Assembly (NCBI GenBank): GCA_964016885.1
Contig: OZ024743.1
Location: 121,024,001 to 121,088,000 of the forward strand
Direction of reading: 5' to 3'
From: Eledone cirrhosa
Lineage: Eukaryota
DNA length: 64,000 bases
Part shown: piece by piece, positions 1-13,465 of the stretch
Layout: every line of letters begins with the position of its first letter
How positions within the stretch are numbered: position 1 is the stretch's first letter
Translations under genes and position numbers: made by a program
The notes under the pieces: generated by a model
Database searches by the model: none
The model's input: only the letters and a program-made list of their open reading frames with translations
Told to the model about the DNA's origin: nothing

Positions 1-1312
1 AGTGGCCAGGCGTTCTAGTGGCCAGGCGTTCTAGTGGCCAGGCGCTCTATTTGCAGTGGCCAGGCGTTCTAGTGGCCAGGCGCTCTATTTGCAGTGGCCA
101 GGCGCTCTAGTGGCCAGGCGTTCTAGTGGCCAGGCGTTCTAGTGGCCAGGCGCTCTATTTGCAGTGGCCAGGCGCTCTAGTGGCCAGGCGTTCTAGTGGC
201 CAGGCGCTCTATTTGCAGTGGCCAGGCGTTCTAGTGGCCAGGCGCTCTATTTGCAGTGGCCAGGCGTTCTAGTGGCCAGGCGCTCTATTTGCAGTGGCCA
301 GGCGCTCTAGTGGCCAGGCGTTCTAGTGGCCAGGCGTTCTAGTGGCCAGGCGCTCTATTTGCAGTGGCCAGGCGCTCTAGTGGCCAGGCGTTCTAGTGGC
401 CAGGCGTTCTAGTGGCCAGGCGCTCTATTTGCAGTGGCCAGGCGTTCTAGTGGCCAGGCGCTCTATTTGCAGTGGCCAGGCGTTCTAGTGGCCAGGCGCT
501 CTATTTGCAGTGGCCAGGCGTTCTAGTGGCCAGGCGCTCTATTTGCAGTGGCCAGGCGTTCTAGTGGCCAGGCGTTCTAGTGGCCAGGCGCTCTATTTGC
601 AGTGGCCAGGCGTTCTAGTGGCCAGGCGCTCTATTTGCAGTGGCCAGGCGCTCTAGTGGCCAGGCGCTCTATTTGCAGTGGCCAGGCGTTCTAGTGGCCA
701 GGCGTTCTAGTGGCCAGGCGCTCTATTTGCAGTGGCCAGGCGTTCTAGTGGCCAGGCGCTCTATTTGCAGTGGCCAGGCGTTCTAGTGGCCAGGCGCTCT
801 ATTTGCAGTGGCCAGGCGCTCTAGTGGCCAGGCGCTCTATTTGCAGTGGCCAGGCGCTCTAGTGGCCAGGCGTTCTAGTGGCCAGGCGCTCTATTTGCAG
901 TGGCCAGGCGTTCTAGTGGCCAGGCGCTCTATTTGCAGTGGCCAGGCGTTCTAGTGGCCAGGCGTTCTAGTGGCCAGGCGCTCTATTTGCAGTGGCCAGG
1001 CGTTCTAGTGGCCAGGCGCTCTATTTGCAGTGGCCAGGCGTTCTAGTGGCCAGGCGCTCTATTTGCAGTGGCCAGGCGTTCTAGTGGCCAGGCGGTCTAT
1101 TTGCAGTGGCCAGGCGTTCTAGTGGCCAGGCGCTCTATTTGCAGTGGCCAGGCGTTCTAGTGGCCAGGCGCTCTATTTGCAGTGGCCAGGCGCTCTAGTG
1201 GCCAGGCGCTCTATTTGCAGTGGTCAGGCGTTCTAGTGGCCAGGCGTTCTAGTGGCCAGGCGCTCTATTTGCAGTGGCCAGGCGTTCTAGTGGCCAGGCG
1301 CTCTATTTGCAG
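1..1312. repeat. GC-rich minisatellite of two interspersed units: 16-bp AGTGGCCAGGCG(T/C)TCT and 22-bp AGTGGCCAGGCGCTCTATTTGC
   Basis: Units read directly; near-perfect copies in irregular order; runs off the left edge of the window. Confidence 0.97.
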
Positions 1313-1568
1313 TCAATATCCGCTGCGTGAATGACTAAGTATGTTGTGGCTGTTGATGCAGACAAACCACGGGGTTGCGACACCTCAGCGTTTCATTGGA
1401 GCTGAACAAGTATTGTCACCGTTACTCAGATTCATCTTGCCCAACTCGTCACTTTGGGGGAATTGCAATCCTGGTTCATGTTCATACCGAGAGAGGGCGC
1501 TTGGCAACTGGAATTTAGTCACGCACCCACAGCTCTCTGCTAGACGAGTATGTGGTTGGCAGCATTAA

Positions 1569-2345
1569 TTATACCCCTTTACGTTCTAAGTTCAAATTCC
1601 GCCGAGGTTAGCTTTGCCTTTCGTACTTAGGGGGTCGATAACATAAAGTACCAGTAATACACTAGGGTCGATATATTCGACTTTCCCTTCCCCCTTCAAA
1701 TTGCTTGCCTTGTGCCTAAAGTAGAAACAATTATTATTATATAAGGGCGGTGGATTGGCAGCATTGGTAGAGAGTCGGACACCATGCGTTCCAGCATAGA
1801 GTTACGTCCCTTTACCGACTGAGTTCAAATCCCGCGAAGGTTAACTTTGCCTTTCATCCTGACGGTGTCGATAAAATAAAGTACCAGTAATGTACTGGGT
1901 ATTTGCTGGCCTTGTGCCTAAAGTAAAAATATTTATTATTATTATTACTGGAATGGCAGTGGCTTAGCAGCATTGGTAGAGAGTCGGACAACATAATTGG
2001 CAGCATAGATTATACCCCTTTACATTCTGAGTTCAAATTCAGCCGAGGATAGCTTTGCCTTGTGCCTAAAGTAGAAATAATTCTTATTATGTAAGGGCGG
2101 TGGATTGGCAGAATCGGTAGGGCATCGGACAACATGCTTTGTGGCATAGAGTTACGGCCCTTTTCGTTCTGAGTTCAAATCCCACCGAGGTTAGCTTTGC
2201 TTTTCATCCTTACGGGGTCGAGAAAATAAAGTACCAGTGGTGCAGTGGGGTCGATTTAGTGCCCCCCCCCCCCCACCACCATCACCAGCCACCAAAAAAA
2301 GGTTGTTGGCTTTGTGCCTAAATCATAAATCATTATTATTATTTA
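1569..2345 (+). mobile_element. Four head-to-tail tRNA-derived SINE copies (about 1569-1740, 1745-1947, 1955-2090, 2095-2345)
   Basis: A-box-like GGATTGGCAG..GGTAGAG, B-box GAGTTCAAATCCC, core GCCTTTCATCCTTACGGGGTCGATAAAATAAAGTACCAG (resembles the Meta/MESC SINE domain), tail GGCCTTGTGCCTAAAGTAGAAACAATTATT. Confidence 0.9.
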
Positions 2346-2436
2346 ATTTCCTCTGTGTTGACTATATGTAACTTGGTCTTTTGAGAAGGGGTTTTCAAGC
2401 CTTGGATATTATTTTTTCATATACGTGTCATATAAT

Positions 2437-2620
2437 TGATTCTACTTTTAGGAACAAGGCCAGCAATTACCCAGTGCATTACTGGTACTTTATTTTATCG
2501 ACCCCGTAAGGATGAAAGGCATAGTCAACATAGGCGGGATTTGAACTCAGATCGTAAAGGGACGTAACTATGCTGGAAAGCATGACGTCCGACCCTCTAC
2601 TGATACTGCCACTCCAGTGT
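2437..2620 (-). mobile_element. tRNA-derived SINE, same family
   Basis: Reverse complement of the consensus seen at 60801-60990. Confidence 0.9.
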
Positions 2621-3459
2621 CATATAATACTATTTTACAAGAGAAATAGATGTTTTTAGTAATAAATATTCAAACCTTCAAGTTATCTTGTTTTGACTAC
2701 ATTCATAAATGCGTCGTTGTGACAACAAAATAACACAGACGAAGAAGGCAAAAGAGCAATATTTCAGCACAAAGCCAAAAATAGAGACAAGCGTCCTTCA
2801 CTGATGCGCATACATTCTTTGGATACAAAGGGTTTTATGTTGTTTGGAAGAAATTATTTAATGAATGTTTCTCAAAACACATTTGTAACAGACTCAGCTT
2901 CGAGTGAATAGCCCCCAACCTTCAGTAAATGAATATAGATAATTTACGGTCGATACTATATTGTGTTAAAAATAGTTGTATTCCCTTGTCCCAAAAATAT
3001 ATTTGGAAGCAGTCAACGTGAAAGCTAATTTAACTTTGACTCAAAAAATGTTAGGGCGGCTTTTTATTGAAGGAAGCATAATCAGATGCCAGGGCTGATA
3101 TATTATTTATGAACAGAGCAAAGAATCTATGATGCCGTGACTTATGTGACCGTTGATGAATCGAGACGAGAAAAAAGTTAGTGGATATAACAGCCGCACA
3201 TAAATTTGTGATCCAGTATATAGGATAGTGCAATACAAAGGTGGTAGCCATGGGCATAGCAAGGGACATCGAAACATTGTATCACATTTTTAAAGCAGCA
3301 TGGCTAGGTGGCATAAATAACTGACGGAATCAGCTTTGACTTGAGAATGTTTATACTCCTTAGCATCAGAAGGTCATCTTGTTATTGTCGTAGTTGATTT
3401 CCATTATGGGTATAGTATCTTTACAGCGTCATTGATATTGAAATGCCATAAATTTAGTA

Positions 3460-3770
3460 CATGGGCGTGCAACAGGCGGCCCGCGGGCCACAATCCGGCC
3501 CGCCAGAACAGTCAGAGTGGCCCGCGATGACTTTTTAATTTTTACCTTGGCTTATTTAGAATTTATTTCGTAACCGTAATACAATTTTCAGTTAGTTGTT
3601 CTATACTAAAGGGCTTCACTGATCGGGTTATGTGTGTTATAATTTTCCAGTTCCATGTTATGGAAAGAAGTTGTTTTGAATCTTTGGAATAGTGCTTAAA
3701 TATTAATGGCCCTAATAGTTGTTCCAATTTTCAAAAGTAGCCCGCCAATTGAATATGTTGCACATCCCTG
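3460..3770. mobile_element. Non-autonomous hAT (Charlie/Buster-type) MITE
   Basis: Imperfect TIRs CATGGGCGTGCAAC / GTTGCACATCCCTG; perfect 8-bp TSD ATTTAGTA (3452-3459, 3771-3778) with central TA; subterminal GGCCCGCGGGCC motif. Confidence 0.88.
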
Positions 3771-4476
3771 ATTTAGTAGTTTCCTTTCATGTTAGAAAGC
3801 GTGGGTATGTTGTATGTTGTATACGTGTGAGCAGTCACTATTGTACGAGCTCCACGTAACATCTGACAATAATAGAACATTTTGTATTTCGATCTCTCGT
3901 TTGTTTGTCGTCTGTTTGTTCGCATCTGTTGTCGGCGAGTGTCTACAATAATATTATTTCATCCTTTCTCCGGATATCCTCATTCTAGCTGGACGCGTTC
4001 TTTCTTCCTCCGGGCCCAAAGGGCTTCATTCATTCTTTCCACTGTGTTATTACATATATGTCGACTGTGTGTGTCTCCCAACGTCTAGCGACAAGAGTTT
4101 ATTAACCTCTATATGAAGGTTTATGTGTCTATACTATTCATAATATACTTAAAATTTTGTTTTCGATCTCTATCGTTTTTGTTGTGTCGGGTTTGTTTTT
4201 TCGTCTGCTCTTCGTTTTATTTCACTATTTCTTTAGAATGACTGATCTACTTTGAGGCTCTAGTTGTGGTGTAATTCCGAATGAACGTGTTCTATGCTCA
4301 CCGCCGAAACACCTAACGTGTTTTCTCATAAGATATATGGGTTTTTCTCTTTCTCTCTCTCTATATATATACATATATCTATAAATTTGAATTATTGATG
4401 CTCTGGACAAATACCCATTGAGATTTTCTACTGAGAAGCACAAATATCATCATAATATATTTGTTCTGATACCTTA

Positions 4477-4634
<158 letters not shown>

Positions 4635-5185
4635 AATCCAGTTGAATCACTTCCTTCAGAAGCCGGAATTATAGTTTTCAGAATTCAAAACCACTGCAAT
4701 CGCCAATATCGATGCTACTAAACATAGATGCAACACATAAGTAAATTTGAAAGCAATGTCAAACTTTTGTAGCAATCATTAAACTGCAAATGGAGGAGTA
4801 AAATGCTACATGAATTTGTTAGAAGCGTCAACAATTTTAACAAGAATTACAACCTATCGCATGCCACCATAAAAACTTAAAGTAGTATAGGAACGTTATT
4901 TTTAAAGTCTTTAGTATCTACACAAAGAAACCTAAAAATGTACTAGAGGAGGAACCTAAAATTTAACGGGTCAACATATATCTGATGTATGGCCTGAAGT
5001 AGTATTAGCATTAACTAATAATAATGCTAATTCCCAGAGTTTGGAAGCTGATAAAAATTCTAATGTGCATTATTGTAGATTTCTCAATCACATTGATTGA
5101 GATCGTCCCCCCACCAGATATATAAACACACACGTGTGTGATTTTTGTAACTGTACGTATATATCTAAATACATATGTGAATATA

Positions 5186-5224
<39 letters not shown>

Positions 5225-5225
<1 letters not shown>

Positions 5226-5945
5226 CTGTTTTCTCTTTTCTCCCCTGTTCCCTTCTATTTTCCTTCCCTCCCTCCTCCGTTTTCCCAATAACTTACCCAG
5301 TTATTGTACGCTCTGGGGGTAGATATCTTGTCTTTAAAGGGTTGTAATATCCGAGACCTTCAGTAGACAACTGATGAGCAAAACTCCCCGCTCCCCGTTA
5401 TTGCTTACTTCTTAATCTCATTCCATTTTAAGCTACCTACCTTAAGTAGCAACTACACAGCCAATCCTATTCTCCATATATTTGATCATGTTTCGCTGAT
5501 ACCAGTCTTATCTCTCCTTCTACCTACATATTTTTTTACTATCTACTCTTACCCCTCTTTCTTCCTCTCACTTTCACTCGTGCTCTCTCTGCCAGCCACC
5601 TCATTTTTCCCCTCGCCTGATCCTCTAGCAGTCCTTTTCTCACTTACACTCGCTGGGGTCAGACGTGTTTTTTCGTTCGCCCACACGCTCTTGAACTTAA
5701 GTTCTGTTATCGCTGTGGTCTTGGATTTTCTTACCTTAAGTTGCTCGCACATTGCTCAGTTTGTTGTTTTTGTCCTTCCCTCCCTCCTCCGTTTTCCCAA
5801 AAACTTACCCAGTTAATCGAACGCTCTGGGGGTAGATATATTGTCTTTAAAGCGTTGAATATCCGAGACCCCTATAAACAACTGATGAGGAACCCCCCCC
5901 CCCCCCCTTCTTGCTTTCTTCTTATTCTCATTTCATTTTAAGCTA
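5225..5945 (+). repeat. Element with diverged ~170-bp direct repeats (about 5262-5435 and 5774-5945), flanked by (TA)n
   Basis: CCTTCCCTCCCTCCTCCGTTTTCCCAA...CGCTCTGGGGGTAGATAT...ACAACTGATGAG...CATTTTAAGCTA occurs twice about 510 nt apart. Confidence 0.75.
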
Positions 5946-6145
5946 TATATATATATATATTATATATATGTATATTTACATATGTGTATATATTATATAT
6001 ATGTATATATATGTATATATTATATATATGTATATATATATGTATATATTATATATAGATGTATATATAGATATATATTATATATGTATATATATATTAT
6101 ATGTATATATATATATACATATATATATATATACATATATATATG

Positions 6146-7420
6146 TATAATAAAGAATTCATATCTAGTAACATATATATACATACAGATGCATATCAAT
6201 GCTAGCAAATATATAGGTTTTGTCTTAATAACAGTGTGGTTCAATGCATGGGTTGCAGAACAATAATATAAGAGACGTAAAATAAGAAAATTATAAAATT
6301 AACTTACTTACTAAAATATCACTTCCAACTAATTAGTTTCTGGAATGGAGTAAATATATTTTCCGAAGAATAATATGGAGAAGCATTCCGTCGCCAGGAA
6401 AGTCTATTCTCATGTAAGTTTCCAGGCAAAGCGGGGACACTGGAAACTTATTAAAAAATAATTCAGTGGATAGGAAATAGCAAAGCGTGGACTGAATTCC
6501 AAGCCATTGAGAAAATCTCTGCCTCTACGTCTGTGGCAAATTCAAAAAGAATCGAACACGTGACATCGAGGTCAATCAGTGGAAAGTGGTTTGCTAATAA
6601 GACAGCGGCCTGCCTACAACCGTAGCAGCAGTCATGGCCAATATTGCTCGACAAATAATTTGGAGATAATAATAAAGAATTCATATCTAGTAACATATAC
6701 TGTTATTAAGACAAAACCTATATATTTGCTAGCATTGATATGCATCTGTATGTATATATATGTTACTAGATATGAATTCTTTATTATTATCTCCAAATTA
6801 TTTGTCGAGCAATATTGGCCATGACTGCTGCTACGGTTGTAGGAAGGCCGCTGTCTTATTAGCAAACCACTTTCCACTGATTGACCTCGATGTCACGTGT
6901 TCGATTCTTTTTGAATTTGCCACAGACGTAGAGGCAGAGATTTTCTCAATGGCTTGGAATTCAGTCCACGCTTTGCTATTTCCTATCCACTGAATTATGT
7001 TTTAATAAGTTTCCAGTGTCCTCGCTTTGCCTGGAAACTTACATGAGAATAGACTTTCCTGGCGACGGAATGCTTCTCCATATTATTCTTCGGAAAATAT
7101 ATTTACTCCATTCCAGAAACTAATTAGTTGGAAGTGATATTTTAGTAAGTAAGTTAATTTTATAATTTTCTTATTTTACGTCTCTTATATTATTGTTCTG
7201 CAACCCCATGCATTGAACCACACTGTTATTAAGACAAAACCTATATATTTGCTAGCATTGATATGCATCTGTATGTATATATATGTTACTAGATATGAAT
7301 TCTTTATTATTATCTCCAAATTATTTGTCGAGCAATATTGGCCATGACTGCTGCTACGGTTGTAGGCAGGCCGCTGTCTTATTAGCAAACCACTTTCCAC
7401 TGATTGACCTCGATGTCACG
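6146..7420. mobile_element. pLTR/retrozyme-like element: inverted copy (6146-6699) abutting a partial tandem copy (6700-7420, period 523 nt)
   Basis: Near-perfect inverted repeat; CTGTTATTAAGACAAAACC at 6700 and 7223; contains an HHR motif in each orientation. Confidence 0.85.
7053..7135 (+). ncRNA. Type I hammerhead motif with core CUGGCGA (A6G); mirror copy on minus strand at 6321-6403
   Basis: ACTTTC-CTGGCGA-C GGAATG...CATTCC A-GAAA-CTAATTAG-TT-GGAAGT; palindromic stem III. Confidence 0.65.
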
Positions 7421-9970
7421 TATTCGATAAATTTTAATGTAGTTATGGTACAAAAGAAGTTGTGTCCCCTACAAAGCTACAACATTTTTTTTCACTCTAC
7501 GTACTCCCCATTCTTTAAAGGTATAATGCAGAGAATGTGTGATTCAAAGGGTGGTAACGCCAAGAGTTTGCGAGAGAAGAGAGAGTATGTATGTTAATGG
7601 GTTATGGGTAACAGAATCGTAAGATTGTAGGAAAAGGAGACACTGGTAGCTATATGCTGGATGTTGGCAGTTGGTAGGAGAGAACAAATGGTGGATAGTA
7701 AGAGGGAATTATGATAGTACATGAGAGGTGTAGATATCAATTAAGTCTATATAGGGAGTGATAATATAATGGTTAGCGGCAGAAGTAATAGTATTGAATA
7801 TGAACAGGAGTGACAAATAGCAATAGATATGGGTGCGAGTGATAGTGGTAAATAAAGAATCTGATGTGAGGAGAGTGAATGATTGTTAACGCTAAAGCAT
7901 GACAATGCTGAACATAACAATAGTGGTAGGAAGTGATGGTAAGAGAGACGTAGAATGATAATGATAATGAGTATTGTTGGAGGATTGAACACGAGCATAT
8001 CAAATGTATTTCCTCCTTACAAAGTCTGGTCGGTACAATGAATAGGATAGAGGTGAATAGATAAAAGGGTATCTATTAGGGTAGGCCGTATATATGTATG
8101 TATATGCGTGTGTGTGTGTGTGCCAGTATGTGTGAGTGTGTGTGTATCAGAGATCAATAGTAGTTCTATCACCCATTGTCTAAACAAATAAAAATCATCA
8201 TATTTTATCTACATTTAAATTCAATTTTTTTAACGCAGTTTGCATTTGTATAATATTATGAACTAACATTGTGTTAGACAGCATTATATTTACAAAATAT
8301 TTTTAGAAAATTTCATTTAAAAACATTTTTTTTTTCTAAAAGACAGTGTGTTTTTAGCAAAATAATCAATAGCTGCTTTTAGTGCATATTCGTTATTAAA
8401 ATAAGCATTAATGCACTTACAAGAAAATCAATAATCATTTTCCTCTTTACTTTAATTATTTTCCCAAAATACAAAAACATTAGGCTTTTTTCACGAAGTT
8501 TTTCAATTTGCATAAGAAGAAAATTTGTTCTCAATAGTATTTTTCATAGTGGAATTTGTTTCACATATTTCATCGTCTCTAAAGGAGCATTGTAGGAAAT
8601 ACATTATATAACACTCCAGGGAATATATTATATAATTCAGTATCCGTGTTTAAATAATTGTTTCATTACCAACACCTTTTTATGATCAATGTTGTAGCAT
8701 GGTGTTTTATTAAAATTAAAGTTTCTAGTTTTAGCAAATAAAGATTTATAATGCCTATATATATACTGTGATTATGTATTCAAACCATATTTCTGGTCTG
8801 AATACATTTCTTTCCAATTTGAAGTTTCTAACTTTAGGAAACAAATAATTAATATTTTAAAATCTATTCTGCCATATCTGACGTTGACTTCATCCAAACG
8901 TGATAAAAACCAGTAATATATTAAGGCCAACTCAATCGGCTATGCCTCTTCCCTACGATACTTAGCATAGTGCCTTCGTAAGAAATCAATATTCTCTACT
9001 TATTAATTTCCTTTTAAAAACAGCACTAAAATCTATTGCAATATTCAATTCTACTGCAAACCCTCTTGATATTGATTTGTATTAATCTGTTGGCATAATC
9101 ACCCTACATTCTCAAAGTTATTGATTAGGCTCATGAATTATTTATTAGGCCCATAAATTTATGGGATTAGAACCGGTTTTCTCAATTGCAAAAATGTATG
9201 AATGTTCTTATTTTTTAATATTTATAATTCATCTTAGAATGAGTGTATATAATATACATACAAATTTCAGATTTTAGTACATTTCATAAACTATCTATAG
9301 CTACAATACTACTAAAATCTCTACAAGATTTTTTAATATCAATTTAAAAATTGCAAATAAATGAGGACGTGTATAGCGTCACGCGCCAACGCATTTTATT
9401 GGGAAAATTATCATTCATATTTAAAATTAGATTAAACTATGAGTTCGATATCCGTTTAAATTGGTATATTGAACTTGAACTCATTTGCATTTCGGGTTGT
9501 GGTAATCGAATCATTGATGTGGATAATCGGTGAAAAAAAACAACACATATACTCTAATTACAAAGATACTTTTATTTTATACATAAATTGAGATTTTTTA
9601 ACACTTAAGTAGCTAGTACGGGAGATTAAAATTTGTTAGATATAGCATGATTCAGATAAATGTATTTAAAATGTTTCGTAAATAAAAGTAAAGAATTAGT
9701 TTGATACTTCACTGCTACATACTCCTAAAAATGCAACTAACATTAAATTATATGTCTGACGAAATCAGTTGATCAACTAATATAGAATAACTGAGGGATG
9801 TTATTGTTGAACGAAAGTTTCAAAGAGATAGCTTAATATGATAAAGTTGATTTATAAATGTTGCAAGAAAATGGTCAAAACATTAATAATATATTTACTG
9901 TGAAATATATTACATTTATCAAAATATTAGTTCATAACATACGACGACGACGACAACAATGACCCTCTCA

Positions 9971-10007
9971 AGAAGAAGAAGAAGAAGAAGAAGAAGAAGA
10001 AGAAGAA
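9971..10007. repeat. (GAA)n microsatellite
   Basis: Direct reading. Confidence 0.95.
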
Positions 10008-11034
10008 ATATCTGCCCCCCCCCCATATATACAAAATAAATGTTTTTATTAAGAGCATTTTATTATACATATCTCAAACCTAAATCGAATAAATGCCATT
10101 AAGTTCTTTCATGGATTATGAAGACAAACTAAATTTACATCATTTGAAGTTAGCAAGATAAAAACTAGTTAGAAAACTAGATTAAGAACTAGTTAGAAAA
10201 GTCTTGTAATTGAGTTATATAAGTTGTATACAAAACATTTAATATATTTATCACGGCAATCAGACATTTTGATTTCGTTTCATCTATGCTGTAAACTCAA
10301 GCGTATGTCTTCCCCTTGTAAAACGTCACCATCATAAAATTTATCAAAGATCCAGTTCCTTTCCAGAATAATCATCAAGAAAACCAATCGGATTCAAATG
10401 TATTCCTCGCTTAAAACAGGGAAAAGTCACGAAACGAAATGTGTAGAATGATTAAAAGTTCAAATGAGGAGAGTGAGAAAACAAAGAAAGATATAGACAC
10501 AGTTTTAGGAGTGTTCTAATCAATTTGACGTTGGAGAACAAGTTTGGTAATTCTACGTAAAATTTGCACCTCGTGCAACCGACAAGAGCTTCCCATATCT
10601 CGGTTACTGTTACCGGTTTTTCGCCGAAAGTCGCTACAGGCCTTACGTCCGTTACGGCCTACGACCCCCTCTTAACAGAAACAGTTACTCAAAGTTCTGC
10701 TAAAAAGTCTCACACATTTGCCTGGAATCGAGCAACACGCTGTACCTCTGTCACTCGGGCCCATCGAACAGTACTTCTTTCAAGAACCTCACTTTTGAAG
10801 AGTAATTAGATACTCCCAAATTGCTTGGTCTTTGCAATGAACTCTATGTCCGGAATGAACTCGGGGTTGTGGGGGCATCTCCTGACTTTTTTGGATTTGA
10901 TGCTGATACATCTGATTGTAAGAGATTTGTTTCGTCGCTGCCAACATCTCAGGTGGAACAGTTATGTTAGCCCAGGTTTTCTCAACTGTTACGTGGCACT
11001 GTTGGTTAAGAGGGCATGCGCCTTTCACTTCCAG

Positions 11035-11385
11035 TAACGGATGCCCTCTTAACCAACAGTGCCACGCAACAGCGGTGATATATGAAGATTTAACCTCCAA
11101 GCCAGAAACAGCATCCATGAACCTGGACAGAGAGCCGTTTCTTTAACCATGAAACGACTTTCAGATATCCAGACAAGTACATACCATTATGTTCACGAGT
11201 CACGTGTGGAAACGCAAAGAAATGGCATAAATACTGAAATGGCATAAATACTGAAATGGCATAAATACTGAAAAATTCCAGTCCCTACATTAACCGTTCG
11301 AAAACTGCTTATGTACTGTTGAAACGTGGGATATATTTACACAACAGTTTACTAAAAAGAACTGCATGAACACTCGCTTCAATAT
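11035..11385 (+). pseudogene. Degraded Penelope-like GIY-YIG endonuclease fragment
   Basis: Frameshifted segments GCPLNQQCHATAVIY, RFFNHETTFRYPDK, SHVWKRKE, SPYINRSK parallel the protein at 38118-38594; 32-bp fold-back 10986-11072 at its 5' end; 17-bp triplication at 11220-11272. Confidence 0.6.
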
Positions 11386-11925
11386 TTGGTCACACGGAAC
11401 TTAATTTTTTCTAAAGGAATGGTCTAGCCCGGACTAAAATTCGATTTAACTCTGTTACGGGTGATCTCACTGAACACAAGTTAGCCCCCTTTTCCGTTTC
11501 AAAATTTTCAGCCATACCTCTTACAAAATTTACTATATCCACATAACAACCTTAGTTCCCTACCCCTAGTTTTAGATATCTCCTATACAATCAATAACCT
11601 CCTCGGAAGTAACTCTATTGCAGAATGGAAGATTGAATGAGTTGGCATTAAGGCGAATGAAACTCGATTATTTACCTTACACCATCTTTGCGAACTGATT
11701 ATATATAACCCATTCCACGGACTGGGTGCTCTAACCTCTAGAATATTTCATACTAAGTTTTTTCACAATATATATATGTGTGTGTGGGTATGGGGGTGTC
11801 TATGTGTGTGTGTGTATGTGTGTGTGTGTGTATGTGTGTGTATGTGTGTGTGTGAATATATATGTGTACAATATATATATTTAGAAAGAGAAGGGACGGA
11901 GTGAGGAAGAGAAAGAGTTATATAA

Positions 11926-11958
<33 letters not shown>

Positions 11959-13025
11959 TACATGTGTGTCTATGTGTGAGTATATATACATTTTCATGCA
12001 GTATACTGTCTAAGCAGCAATAACAAAATTCCTTCTATAAAACGATGGGGACGTATTTTGATTTTCTCAATTACTTCCCTATTTATATCTCCCTCTTTCT
12101 ATCTCCCTCCCCCTTACAGACACTATCAACCTTTCTATCAATCTTTTTTATATTGCATTTATTATTTTACTGTGAAATCATTACATTCATTTTGTCCAAC
12201 AGGAAATTGTCCGGCAGCCCAATCAACCACTTTCATTTATTTGTAATTTCCGAGAATAACAGGCTATTTTCACTTGCTCCGCTGCTGCCCGTTTAACAAA
12301 TGCTTTAATGACGCCGGCATCACATGTGGTCGTAGAAATTATGTTTCTATATTACGGCGTGACTGTATGCGTTCGTAAACTGATTGAAAACATGTCATCG
12401 AAAAATGCAAATTCAATTTTTATGGCGCATGAGGAGGATGTTGATTTTCAAAACAGATTGGTTTCAATACGAAATATATTGTATCGGCGTTGAAATATAT
12501 TCATCGAAAATCAGTATTTTTTACAGTGAAATACTGTCTCGATTATGTAAGAGATAGACCGTGAAATAAACTTGCTCTTACCAATTTAATGAGAATTATA
12601 TTCCGCTAGAAATTGATCAGATTCAAATTATAATCTATAACTGTCTTCGTTTCTCCGAGTGTTAGAGTCTCTCTCACCCTATCTCTCTCTTTAACTCTCA
12701 CTATTCCCCCTGCCCCTCTATATCCCTCTTTTTTTCTCTCTCACATTAGTGAGAGCGGTATATCGGTATCTGATAGATAAGGAGTTCGATATTTCATAGC
12801 AAACACTGGCCACATTTTTGCCGACTATAAGCGTTATTTAACGGACTTTCTCAGATATGTGTAGCAACCATCTGTATATGCATTTATTTCCTGCGTTTGG
12901 GTCTTCTTGTATGTTTCAATATATATATATATATATATAATGTGAAGACTAAAATCCAAAGAGGATTCGATAAGGATAAATATATAAGAACCCTAAAGCA
13001 AATATTTATTAAAATAACAGATTAA

Positions 13026-13074
13026 AGTTTAAGCAAAGAATCGCCGCTTTCACCCTTAACGAGATCTTCTGAAA

Positions 13075-13076
<2 letters not shown>
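13026..13076 (-). ncRNA. Type I hammerhead motif with core CAGAAGA (U4A)
   Basis: Minus strand AGTTT-CAGAAGA-T CTC GTTAA GGG T-GAAA-GCG...TGC-TT-AAACT; second copy at 43701-43751. Confidence 0.6.
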
Positions 13077-13107
<31 letters not shown>

Positions 13108-13115
13108 CCATATTT

Positions 13116-13465
13116 AGCTTAAGCCAAAGTCTCGAAAGTCAGTTTCACTCATAAAAGGGCCCCAAATGCAATTTCTGAAACTAATATTGGAAGAAATTCC
13201 GTCATTAGAGGGGATTCTTTGGAAGTAGAACAATATTGAATGGAGAGCATACAAACCATGTCTTTGTTGAAATAGCAGGGTGCGTTCAGCACGTGCGTCA
13301 TTCAGTATATCATTCAAATGAACATATATCTTTCCATATATCAGGAAAATGTGACAAGTTTATAATGCCGCTAGAAATAGGACTCAAACCCTGGTTTCAT
13401 ATTTCTAGAAAATGTAGTTGGGGACCTTATATGAGTGAAACTGGCTTACTTCTGTTTGTCTAGCT
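13116..13465. mobile_element. Probable MITE with imperfect ~45-bp TIRs
   Basis: AGTCAGTTTCACTCATAAAAGGGCCCCAAATGCAATTTCT (about 13137-13176) mirrored by AGAAAATGTAGTTGGGGACCTTATATGAGTGAAACTGGCT (about 13407-13446). Confidence 0.6.

Noticed and set aside
1-1312. CRISPR-like array
   Set aside because: No unique spacers, eukaryotic context, no cas genes.
2700-3270. GPCR-like pseudogene on the minus strand (LASD, SIDR-like words)
   Set aside because: Motif spacing is inconsistent and there are several stops; not supportable by eye.
6463-7597. Repeated 70-100 aa ORFs as a gene family
   Set aside because: They arise from the inverted/tandem repeat and show no protein motifs.
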